Under the pieces are notes generated by a model. That model had not been told where the DNA came from. It saw only the letters and a program-made list of their open reading frames with translations, and did not search any database. This document shows positions 43,210 to 53,353 of a stretch of 64,000 nt of DNA, one piece after another. Both the position numbers and the translations under genes were made by a program. The first letter of the stretch is position 1. Every line of letters begins with the position of its first letter. The stretch is from Histomonas meleagridis 2922-C6/04-290x (lineage: Eukaryota > Protista > Parabasalia), in contig JAANOX010000002.1 of NCBI GenBank assembly GCA_020184695.1, positions 62,001-126,000 of the forward strand, given 5' to 3'.

Positions 43210-46200
43210 ATGAGCTCTGATAAATCATGTCACTTACAGGAATATTTAAATGCATTCAAAACAAGAATTAATGACAAAAAAGCAAGTAAAGATGAGGTAA
43301 TTTATGCAATGAATGAAACACAAAAATTTTTAATTCCAAAATTTCAAGAAATTTATGTTCCTTATTTAAGTCAAATATTGGATTCTCTGTTAATATTGTG
43401 TGATGATAATGATGTTTCCATAAGGCATTCAGCGGCCATTATAATTGAAAGCTCAGTTACAATTATTCTTCCTTATCAAAAATCATTAATTCTCACATTT
43501 ATTTCAAAAAAATCAACAGAAGAATTAATGCCTCATGCATCTGTAATCATGATCAAATTAGAATTGAAAGTTACTTTATTTCTTACACAAAAAACAGCTA
43601 TCCAATTATTCGAAGAATCATCCACTCTTTTTTACAACTGCGCTATGTCCTCATCTGAGATTGTTTCTGAAGGTTTTAACAAACTTGCAAAAAAAGTTCG
43701 GAAATTTTTCAATGATCCAGAAAAACGAAAAACACTTATCAAACATCTTGCAGTACCAAAACAATCCACGTTGTCTACAACATGGTCTGTTGAAACAGCG
43801 TCAATCTTTGCTTATCCTGATTTAGTTGAAGAATGTAAATCGTTATTCCCTAATCAACTTCAATTCCTATCGTTTCTCCCATCATATGACATTTCAGATA
43901 GCTCTCTTTCTGGGTGTTCGTTAACAGATTTAATTCCATTTGTTGAAAAACAACCAGAAAAATTTATTGATAAAATTGGTAGTCCACCAAATGAGCCATC
44001 AAAGCTTTCTGCCTATTTTTCTTGTTTAAAGTTCATCATTCCCTATGATTTCAAACCAGAATTTTCTGATGATTTTCTTATGTCCACCAAATTTTCAAAT
44101 GATTATACCATTTATTCATTACAACTTGAATGCTTTGCTTTAATGGCACTTAAGAACTTCTATAACAAATCCATTATTTTTAATGTATTCCGAGATACCA
44201 TCCAAAAGAATAACTCGTCATCTGTCATGGCACTTTCGTATATTTTCAATCGATTTCCATCGGTGCAACTTTTTGAGATGGTTCTCAAACTTCCGATTTC
44301 TTCGCCTACAATGTGCAAAGCAATTATTCATTTTTTAACATCAATAGACTTTTCACAATTACTTGAATCTAATCGTTTACATCATCAAGCGATCAATAAA
44401 ATTGTTGAAATCTCAAAAACATCACAAACACTTGTTCAAGATACATTAATTCAACAATTGCCATATTTTAATTGTGGTAAAACATATCCATTGTTTCGAA
44501 GTTTGTTTTCTAGTTTAGATCTTTTTGATTCTTCAGGGTTTCGAAGATCATTAACATTAATATCCGAAATCACAACGAATGAATGTTACGAAGAAATTAA
44601 TTTATTATTTAAATATTTAACTGAAATTGATCAAAACATTTTTCTAAATGATTTTTTATCATTAACAACATTATTAACATCATTAACTAAAATCTGTAAT
44701 CGATCAAATAATTTAAATATTCCTCTTTATATTGCGCAATTACCATTTATAATATTACGTTCGATAATTGCATTTCTAACTGGGAATTGGAACATTAAAA
44801 ATCGGAACAATAATTTCAACAATTTCCTAAAATTAGCAAAATCAAATATACCATTAAACAATTTGTTATCAAAACAATCATTAATATCTTTATTAGAAAT
44901 TAGAGATAAAGCTGCTGATTTCGCTATAGCTGTTGTCGCACATCAAAAAGTTTGTGATGATAGAACTATCGATTTAATCGCCAAAAAGTTAATTATTTGG
45001 CCTTCGAAAAGTATTTGGAGATTAATCACAAGTTCCGCTAAAGTATTCATTAATACTACAAGTGGAATCCTTTCATTAAACCCGAAAATTGCTCTTTCGG
45101 CCGCAATCAAATGTCCGAGTTCATTTAACATTTCATATATCAATAATTCAATCGAATTGACGGTTTTCGCGGTCTGCAAAAATTTTGATGTTGATTTCGA
45201 ATTAACACCAAAATTCGTGAAGATAATGGATAAGATTTCAAAAAACTTTCCCGATAAGTTTGTTGAAAAGGTCAAAAATCAAATTTGGTATGTGATTTTT
45301 TTTAAGAAACATTTGAATCATTTTCTTGTTGATGAGTTTTGTAAAGTACCTTTTTCTAAATGGAAAGGGCCAAATGAGTTTTGGTGTTTGCTTCCAATTT
45401 TCTTGAAAAGATTAAGTTTAAACAGGAACTGGAAGCCTTTATTTGATGAGAATGATTGTGATAATTTCCATAAATTTCATGCGAATAAAAATATTAAATA
45501 TTTTGTACATGAATCATTTGCTGATTATAGCGAAATTCAACTTATTGATTCGGCAAAAAAATTCGAGAAAACCGAAAAAATTAGAATCGAACCTCAAGAA
45601 TTTTATGACTTCGAAATAATTCGTTCAATGAGGTCATCATTATATGATAAGTATCAAGTTAAAACATTTCTGAATTTTCTTGAGAAAAAGGAAAAAACAA
45701 AATTCAAAAATTCGAATGCTTTACTCGCGTCACTTTTACAGTTCATAAATTCTGAGGAGTGTCAAAATGACACTTTTTCGGAGGCTGTTTCTTTTGCAAT
45801 TGAGCTTTTTATTATTGAGGACTTTCCTCAAATTGATTTTAATTTGTTTAAAAATTACTTAATGAATGTTCCTTTTCGAGGAAAAGGTGTTCAATTTGCT
45901 GATTTTTGTACACAAAAAAAATTAAATTATATGTCAGATATACAATTTTCATTTGATCAACCTTTTTTCGAAAGCGAATTGACCAAAATTATCCCAATTT
46001 TTGCTAAAAACGGAAAAAAATTTGCATTGCCGATTAGCAATTTTTCACATTTTTCATATTCATATGTTTTACCTAAAGAGTCATTAGCTGTGTGTTATCC
46101 CACTAAGGTTGTAGCTAATTATTCTAAGGAAAATGAGACGTTATTGAGAAGTTATATCGAATCATATGGAATTTCATTTTACACAATTTCGACACTTGAA

Positions 46201-46437
46201 AATTGGGTAAATGAAAATGAAATCGTAAATTTGCTTAATGTTTTGTTGAATTATGCGGCAATGAATGGAAGCTATTACACAAAAAGAATTTGCAAATTAA
46301 TGAATAAGGCGATGATGTTATATAAGAAAATGATACCTGTCGTGCAAGCGTTTATTTTAGTACTGAACGATTCACCCTTAAAAAATTGTTTAGAGGTGGA
46401 ATATAAATTGGCACTAAAAAATAGAAAAAATAAGTAA
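43210..46437 (+). CDS. About 1075-aa HEAT-repeat-like protein
   Basis: Long helical ORF with the HEAT-like LLILCDDNDVSIRHSAAIII. First ATG at 43210. Confidence 0.6.
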   Translation: MSSDKSCHLQEYLNAFKTRINDKKASKDEVIYAMNETQKFLIPKFQEIYVPYLSQILDSLLILCDDNDVSIRHSAAIIIESSVTIILPYQKSLILTFISKKSTEELMPHASVIMIKLELKVTLFLTQKTAIQLFEESSTLFYNCAMSSSEIVSEGFNKLAKKVRKFFNDPEKRKTLIKHLAVPKQSTLSTTWSVETASIFAYPDLVEECKSLFPNQLQFLSFLPSYDISDSSLSGCSLTDLIPFVEKQPEKFIDKIGSPPNEPSKLSAYFSCLKFIIPYDFKPEFSDDFLMSTKFSNDYTIYSLQLECFALMALKNFYNKSIIFNVFRDTIQKNNSSSVMALSYIFNRFPSVQLFEMVLKLPISSPTMCKAIIHFLTSIDFSQLLESNRLHHQAINKIVEISKTSQTLVQDTLIQQLPYFNCGKTYPLFRSLFSSLDLFDSSGFRRSLTLISEITTNECYEEINLLFKYLTEIDQNIFLNDFLSLTTLLTSLTKICNRSNNLNIPLYIAQLPFIILRSIIAFLTGNWNIKNRNNNFNNFLKLAKSNIPLNNLLSKQSLISLLEIRDKAADFAIAVVAHQKVCDDRTIDLIAKKLIIWPSKSIWRLITSSAKVFINTTSGILSLNPKIALSAAIKCPSSFNISYINNSIELTVFAVCKNFDVDFELTPKFVKIMDKISKNFPDKFVEKVKNQIWYVIFFKKHLNHFLVDEFCKVPFSKWKGPNEFWCLLPIFLKRLSLNRNWKPLFDENDCDNFHKFHANKNIKYFVHESFADYSEIQLIDSAKKFEKTEKIRIEPQEFYDFEIIRSMRSSLYDKYQVKTFLNFLEKKEKTKFKNSNALLASLLQFINSEECQNDTFSEAVSFAIELFIIEDFPQIDFNLFKNYLMNVPFRGKGVQFADFCTQKKLNYMSDIQFSFDQPFFESELTKIIPIFAKNGKKFALPISNFSHFSYSYVLPKESLAVCYPTKVVANYSKENETLLRSYIESYGISFYTISTLENWVNENEIVNLLNVLLNYAAMNGSYYTKRICKLMNKAMMLYKKMIPVVQAFILVLNDSPLKNCLEVEYKLALKNRKNK

Positions 46438-46739
46438 ATGATGTTTTGTATTAAATAAAAAAAACTTTTGTAGAAAATCCATTTTAAAATTTTTTTTTAT
46501 AAAAGATTGAGATTAAAAATGATAATTTAAAATTTTATGTTAATTATACCTTTTGTAATTAGAAACATTTTCATAAAAAAATGTCAACATAAATGATTCA
46601 CTTTGGAGGTTGAAATAAAACACATAATTTATGATATTTATGAAGATAAAAATATTTTTTATTTTAAATGAAATTTTTCTATCGTCCGCGGTTTTGGTCG
46701 AAATTCTATTGAAATTTTATTCTTTATAAATGTTTGGTT

Positions 46740-47030
46740 AAAGAAGGTACTAATATAAATGCAAAAGATATTTATTTGTTTTGTTCAGAATTTGTTTTTA
46801 GAATTTTTTGTTTTAGAAGATTACTCAGAATTTATTTAAAATATTTAAAACTTCACTGATGCATGCAGCTGAAAAAGGAAAATAGTTAAATTACAACTTG
46901 AAAAAGAAGGAATTGATGTGAATTCTAAAAATAATTTTTGGTTTTATGATTTGGTGTTCCATTATGCTGTATGAAAATTATTTAAATGATGAAAGATATT
47001 TCAACTGAAAAGGGTCATACAAACATCGTT
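46740..47030 (+). pseudogene. Interrupted ankyrin cassettes with an 80-nt linker
   Basis: EGTNINAKD, linker 46770-46849 (80 nt), then TSLMHAAEKG...LEKEGIDVNSKN. Confidence 0.75.
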
Positions 47031-47209
47031 AAAAATGATTACAAACAAAATTTAGTTTTATGTTTTTTTATTTCTATGAAAACATCATTGAGAAATTTTA
47101 ATTTTAAGTAAATGTAGTATAAAACATAAACTGTTTTTAAAGGATTTTTTGTTTTGTTTTTTTAAATTTAAACGGTCTTTAAATTGACTATGTGTATTTG
47201 AACATTTAA

Positions 47210-47773
47210 ATGTCAGTTCAAAAGCCAAAAGCAACTGCATATGAAGTCGAAGGATTCAAGCAAATAATGTACGAAAAAGATGGTGTTGAAATTCATGAAA
47301 TATGTATGAAAAACACAGGGGAACTTATTGCAAGAAGAGAAAGAAGCAGAACAATATATGGAGCTGATCAAAACTGGGTTTGGACATACGGGCAACCACC
47401 CAATGAAAAAAAGGAAGTAGAAACATTTGAGCTTTCTTCAAAGAATCCAATATTCTTCCGTCAAGATACACCAACACAATGGTCATGGAGAGTACGACAA
47501 ATTCCATATCCTGCAGACAATTACGAAGTTACAGTTGATGAAGCCAAGAACCAAATAGTTATACGAACCAAAAATCACAAATATTTCAAACGAATTGATG
47601 CTCCAAATGGCGAAAAGATGAAAGCTTCGGACGTGAATTGGAATTGGGCATTCAATACATTGGTAATTACACATGAAAAGCCACCGCGTGTTATTGCACA
47701 AGATAAAGAAGATATGAGATGGAGACTCAGCATCCCATGCCAAAAAGATACAGATGAATGCAATACGCAATGA
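47210..47773 (+). CDS. DPCD: DPCD-family protein
   Basis: SSKNPIFFRQDT...WSWRVRQIPYPADNYEVTVD...IVIRTKNHKYFKRI...NTLVITHEKP. Confidence 0.88.
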   Translation: MSVQKPKATAYEVEGFKQIMYEKDGVEIHEICMKNTGELIARRERSRTIYGADQNWVWTYGQPPNEKKEVETFELSSKNPIFFRQDTPTQWSWRVRQIPYPADNYEVTVDEAKNQIVIRTKNHKYFKRIDAPNGEKMKASDVNWNWAFNTLVITHEKPPRVIAQDKEDMRWRLSIPCQKDTDECNTQ

Positions 47774-48117
47774 AACACTAAAATAATATTGTAAGTCAAA
47801 AGGATTTGTTTGGTTGAAATTTGTGATATATGAGAAAACAATTTTAATAAAATTGTTTACTTGGCGTTTACATTTAGAATTACACTAAATTAAATGCCAT
47901 CTTGTGGTTTTGAGAATTCACTATAAATTATTGCAATAATTGGATTATCACCAATCCTTTTGATATCAATATACCAGCAGTGAGATCACATAATATAAGT
48001 TGACATGTATGAAAAATTATCAAGCAAATAAAATTATTTCTAAAAAAATCATCAATTTTTAATAATTTTTAAAAATATGAAGATAGTTCCAAAATTTCCT
48101 TAATTTTTTCAAGAAAT

Positions 48118-50697
48118 CTAAATTCGCTTGGAATCATCTATTTCGATTCCTTGTTGTTTAAGAAGTAATTTAGCTATTTCTATCTTATCATGTGAAGATG
48201 CATACATAAGTGCTGTTTGATATAATATAAATAATTTCCAAATATTATTTTGAAATATCAAATTATTAAAATAAATTTCAAATAAAACAAATAAATATTT
48301 TTAGCATTAATATCAATTCCTTCTTGTTCAAGAAGTAATTTAACTATTTCTGTATATCCTTTTTCAGATGCTTTCATAAGTGCTGTTCTAAATAATTTAA
48401 ATAATTTACAAATATTATTTTGAAATATGAAATAATAAAAATAAATATTATCTTTAGCATTAATATCAATTCCTTCTTGTTCAAGAAGTAATTTAGCTAT
48501 TTCTATCTTATCATATGAAGATGCATACATAAGTGCTGTTCTAAATTATTTAAATAATTTCCAAATATTATTTTGAAATATTAAGTGATTAAAATAAATC
48601 CAAAATAAAACAAATAAATATTTGACGCATTAATATCAATTCCTTTATGTCTTAGAAGTAATTTAACTATTTCTGTTTTGTCTTTCCAAGATGCAAAAGT
48701 AATTGCTGTCCAAAATAATTTAAATAATTTCCAAATATTATATTGAAAACCAAAACTATTAAAATAAATATCAAAGAAAACAAATAAAAATTTTTTATAT
48801 TAACATCAACTCCTTTGTGCTCAAGAAGTAATTTAACTATTTCTATTAAACCAGCTTCAGATGCCCAAATAAGTGGTGTATAAAATAATTTAGGTAATTT
48901 CCAAATAATGTTTTAAAATATGGAAATATTTAATTAATCAAAAATTAATACAAATTAATACATTGAATATTAACATCAATTCTTTTTTGGCTTAGAAGAA
49001 ATTTAATCAAATTTACATCTATCAATACCGTAGCCCACATAAGTGCTGTATAAAACAATTTAAATAGTCATTAAATATTATTATGAAATGTCATATTTAA
49101 CATTGATATCGATTATATTTTGCTTAAGAAGTATTTTGGCAATTTCTATATGACCTCTTTTACATGCTATTACAATTGCTGGATCATTTATTTTATATAA
49201 TTTTTATTTAATGTTTTGAAATATAAAATTTTAAAAAAGAATAAATTTATCATTGTTATCTTTTCTATATTCTTCAAGAAGTAATTTGACTATTTCGATA
49301 TTACCATATTCAGCTGCATAAGTAAGTGCTGTAAAATTTTGTTTTAAATATAACTAAATTTTCCTTACAAATACCAAAATATTATTAAAATATTTTTTAA
49401 ATATCATAAATTAATAACATATATGTTAGTTGCCTTTTGTTTAAGAAGTAGTTTGACTATTTCTTTGTGTCCATTTCCAGACGCCCACATAAGTGCTGTA
49501 TCAAATAATTTAAATAATTTCCAAATATAATTTTGAAATATCAAATTATTTAAATAAATTTTAAATAAAACAAATAAATATTTTTAGCATTAATATCAAT
49601 TCCTTCTTGTTCAAGAAGTAATTTAACTATTTCTGTATGACCATTTTCAGATGCTTTCATAAGTGCTGTTCTAAATAATTTAAATAATTTCCAAATATTA
49701 TTTCGAAATTTTAAATTATTAAAATAAATTTCAAATAAAACAAATAAATATCTTTATTATTAATATCAATTCCTTCTTGTTCAAGAAGTAATTTAACTAT
49801 TTCTCTATTACCTTTTAAAGATGCCCACATAAGTGCTGTATCAAATAATTTAAATAATTCCCAAATATTAAATTGATATTTTATACAAATAAAATAAATA
49901 AAAAATATTATGAATAAAAATCTTGTTCATTGATATTTGTTATTCCTTTTTTAAGTAAGAGTTTGAATATATCAAGATATCCTTTCTCAGATTCTAACAT
50001 AAGTGCCGTTTTAAATATTTTGAATAATTCCCAAATATTGTTGTAAAATAGAAAATTATCTATTTAGATATTGACATTAATAAATAAACACTTTTACAGT
50101 TAATATCAATTCCTTTTTGTTCAATTATTAATTTGATTATATCTATATATTCTTTTTCAAATGCAATGTGAAGTGCTGTTTTAAATGATTTTAACAATTT
50201 CCAAATGTTATTTTAAAACTTCAAATTAAAAAAACAAAAATAATATAAAATATTTGAATATTGAAATTATTAATGTTTATTCCCACATGTTCAAGAAGTA
50301 ATTTGATCACTTCAATATGATTGTTTTGAGTTGCTATTGTCAATGCTGCACCATATTTCAAAAATTATTTCCAAATTTTCTATAAAAATCCAAAATCATT
50401 GAAAAAAATTTTAATTAAAACAAACAAATATTTCTAATATTAACATCAATTTTATCTTGTTTAAGAAGCAATCTCACTATTTCACTATTTCACTATTTCC
50501 ACTTTCAGAAGCTTTTATAAGTGCTGTGTTAAATATTTATATTGTTTTCCGAATGAAAGTTTAAATCATCAAATTCATAAAACATATTTTAATAACTATA
50601 AAAAAATATCTTTTCCATTAATATTAATATCTTTTTGTTCAAGAAAATATTTTACTAATTCTATATTATCAGAAGATGAAGAAATTATCAAAATATC
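48118..50697 (-). repeat. 170-bp-period array: 90-nt ankyrin cassette plus 80-nt AT-rich linker
   Basis: The plus-strand anchor aagtgctgt recurs at 170-nt spacing (for example 49491, 49661, 49831, 50001, 50171). Confidence 0.95.
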
Positions 50698-51880
50698 TCT
50701 TGGAATTTCATTATTTTCGATCAAGTGTTTAACAAGATATAAATTCCCAATTTTTGCTGTTTCATTTATAATAGAGCTACCAATTTGATTCTCTTTTTCT
50801 AGAAATGAAAGGATTTCATAATTTCCACTTTTCACACAAATATCAATCAATTTTTTATAATCTTGTTGTCCAAAGTCATTTGAAAAATGTATGTGGTTTG
50901 GTAATTCCGATTTAGATTCATTTTCAATTGATACATCTTGAGTAACATTTTCATAAAGATATTTAAAGATATCATTTCGATGGAATCTAATTGCTGTTTC
51001 ATATGCACCTTCAAATGATGAATGATTCTGTTCACATAAATGAATTATCTCTAAGTTTCCACCTGCAATTGCATATTTTCCTGTATTTTTAACATTTGCA
51101 CCATTTATAAGTAAATATTTAAAACATTTAATTGCTCCAAAAAATGCTGCATAATCAATTAATGTAACATTTTTTGTATTAATAAATGAACATCTTTCAT
51201 AAAGTGATGGTTCTATTGTTTGATTAAAATCAAAATTTTCTTGTGATGTTGTTTCTTGAAGTTTTTCTATTTCATCATTTCGAATTATTTTTCGCAATCT
51301 CATTCGGATTATGTCCTTCTTTATTTAATTTCTTATGAAGTTCCCAATTGTTCTTTGAAAGTTGCTCATAGTTTTTAAAATTTGGATCATTTTTATATTT
51401 TTTTATGTTTAATTTTGGTTGAGCAAAATATATTGTTTGTATGTTATCTTTGACATTTTTGCTAATTAAATTTTCCATAATCAATCTTTCTAGAAGAAAA
51501 TATGATTCTTGTGTTTCAATTTTAGAAACATATTTACCAAAAATATCAATTGCTTTATAATTGTTATTTATTTCGTCTTCTTTTGATTGAATTGTTTTTA
51601 GAAATTGAAAATATAAATCGTATTCATTCCTTAGAGAAGAAAATGCTGCATATGATAATATACAAATAACAATATTAAATGAATATGCAAAATTAGAATC
51701 AAATAAATTCATTGCTTGTTGAATTGATATATTAAAATTTTCTTTATTTAAATTAAAAATTATTTTTTCAAGTTCGTTTAAAACTTGCATATAGATAAGT
51801 TCGCCTCCAGAATACTCTGGTTTATTTTCTGTAGAATCTTTTGGTTGTGATTCATCGAATTTTACTTCGTTTTCACACAT
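48118..51880 (-). CDS. DUF3447-ankyrin gene whose 16 ANK repeats are split by 15 non-coding linkers; also a 1-nt frameshift near 51290 and an 8-nt duplication near 50480
   Basis: ORFs 51275-51880 and 50596-51303 join if GCGAAAAATAATT loses one A, as in the paralog at 58690. LIDYAAFFGAIKCFKYLLINGA is DUF3447-like. It is followed by 90-nt ANK cassettes ending in ...IDDSKRI* at 48118. Whether this copy is functional is unknown. Confidence 0.7.
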
Positions 51881-52229
51881 GTTCCAATTCTTAATGGTTT
51901 GCCGAAAACTAATTGATAAAATGTATAAAAAAGTGGTGTTGTATTAGATTAGATGTTAAACGTTCCATCTAATCGCCCTTGAAGTCAAAATTACCTTAGT
52001 CTGTTGAAATAATACTCAAAAGGAAATTCATTCTTTAACTCCAGGATGAGATTCAAATATTCTATACAAGGCGGATTAATTTAATAAAACATGTAGCTAT
52101 GAAAAATAGGGAAAAAAATCCTATTAGGTCATCAAAATAAACACAAATACTGAGAAAGTTGATCCCAAAAAAAACAGAATTTAAACTTTTCAAAAAGTTA
52201 ATGTATTGAATTTATAAAAAATTTTTATA

Positions 52230-52853
52230 ATGAATTTCTTGAAGTATTATGATCCAAAAGAAAAACAATTGATTCGTGCAGTTAAGGAGGACGACATCGT
52301 GACATTAGAGAAATGTTTGCAAATTTATCCAATTGACCATAAAGCATCAAAATTCATTACATTTCCAGATTCTATTTTAAAACATTCTCCGTCAATACTT
52401 GCTTTATCAGCATTTTATAAGTCTATTAAAGTATTTCGTTATTTGATCATTAATAATGCAGATACTAATAATACTGATGATATCAATACTCCAATGACAC
52501 ATTTTGCTGTTGCAGGCGGAGAAATGGAAATAATTTCTGTCTTAGATCAAATGGATCTTGATTTTGATGGATCAATTTATATTGCTGCAGAAAGAGGTAA
52601 TATGAATCTTTTTCTATGGATTTATTTCAATCACCCATGTGATGTATCAAAGAAAAGCGTGAATGGAGCATCAATTTTATCACTTGCATCCAAAAGCCAA
52701 AACAAAAAATTATTTAATTTTGTTTACGAATTAACAAAAAATAAAATTGAGCTAAAAGATATCTTTGACCTATTGAATGAAAGGCGCTATGGGTTACAAT
52801 ATTCAGATGATGATTATTATGAAAGTGAATATGATTCAGAAGAAATTTATTGA
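52230..52853 (+). CDS. Small uninterrupted ankyrin-repeat protein
   Basis: PSILALSAFYKSIKVFRYLI, PMTHFAVAGGEMEII, GSIYIAAERGNMNLF, SILSLASKSQN. Confidence 0.8.
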   Translation: MNFLKYYDPKEKQLIRAVKEDDIVTLEKCLQIYPIDHKASKFITFPDSILKHSPSILALSAFYKSIKVFRYLIINNADTNNTDDINTPMTHFAVAGGEMEIISVLDQMDLDFDGSIYIAAERGNMNLFLWIYFNHPCDVSKKSVNGASILSLASKSQNKKLFNFVYELTKNKIELKDIFDLLNERRYGLQYSDDDYYESEYDSEEIY

Positions 52854-53010
52854 AGAAATTCACGATATTTCGGATGTTAATAAAAACTTAACTTAAATAT
52901 ATCAATGTCAATGTAGTTGATGATTGTTTTCATAATATATTTTCTGTAATTATTAAAATTTTAAATATCTATTTTACAATTTATTGAATAAATAAAATCA
53001 AATTTTCAGA

Positions 53011-53082
53011 GGGCAATTGGTCTAGTGGAATGATTCACGCTTAGGGTGCGTGAGGTCCCGGGTTCAATTCCCGGATTGCCCC
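53011..53082 (+). tRNA. tRNA-Pro (AGG)
   Basis: Acceptor stem GGGCAAT/ATTGCCC, D arm TGGTCTAGTGG, anticodon arm CACGC-TTAGGGT-GCGTG, T arm CCGGG-TTCAATT-CCCGG. 72 nt. Confidence 0.97.
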
Positions 53083-53088
53083 TTTTTT
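53083..53088 (+). terminator. RNA polymerase III oligo-T terminator
   Basis: A T6 run directly follows the tRNA 3' end. Confidence 0.8.
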
Positions 53089-53353
53089 GATTTTTTTAAA
53101 TTGGAAATTTTAGAGGTGCTTTTTTAATCATCTAATCTATTGTCTTGAATTCAATTATCTGTATTTTGCTTTTATTGCCATTTTTAAATTATATTATTTG
53201 ATGAATTTCATTTTTTTATTCAAATCATTTCAAATCGATACAATAAAATTTCATTTTTTCATAACATAAAAACAATATCCATTTCAATTTTTTGTTTATT
53301 AAAGTATTGATGTTTCATTACCAAAGTTTAGAACATTCGAATTCAAAATATTT

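Noticed and set aside
49670-49749. Canonical 71-nt GT-AG intron in the ankyrin linker (TT|GTTTTATTT...TTATTTAG|A)
   Set aside because: It works only for the few linkers ending in AGA. Most end in GAT, AAA, TAT, TGG, CAA or AAC with no AG, several lack the GT, and there is no branch-point motif.
48217-50607. Simple programmed -1 frameshift reading through each linker (…IFQNNIWKLFKLFR-TAL)
   Set aside because: The downstream frame has stops in several linkers (50528-607, 50350-429, 48540-619), and a 27-aa hydrophobic insert would disrupt the ankyrin stack.
48118-50607. CRISPR-like repeat-spacer array
   Set aside because: The context is eukaryotic, there are no cas genes, the variable parts are ankyrin-coding, and unit sizes do not fit.
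48118-50607. 170-bp period as a nucleosome-positioning array
   Set aside because: The length is suggestive, but it does not explain the stop-free cassettes or the synonymous Phe-Gly pattern. Kept only as a secondary idea testable by MNase-seq.
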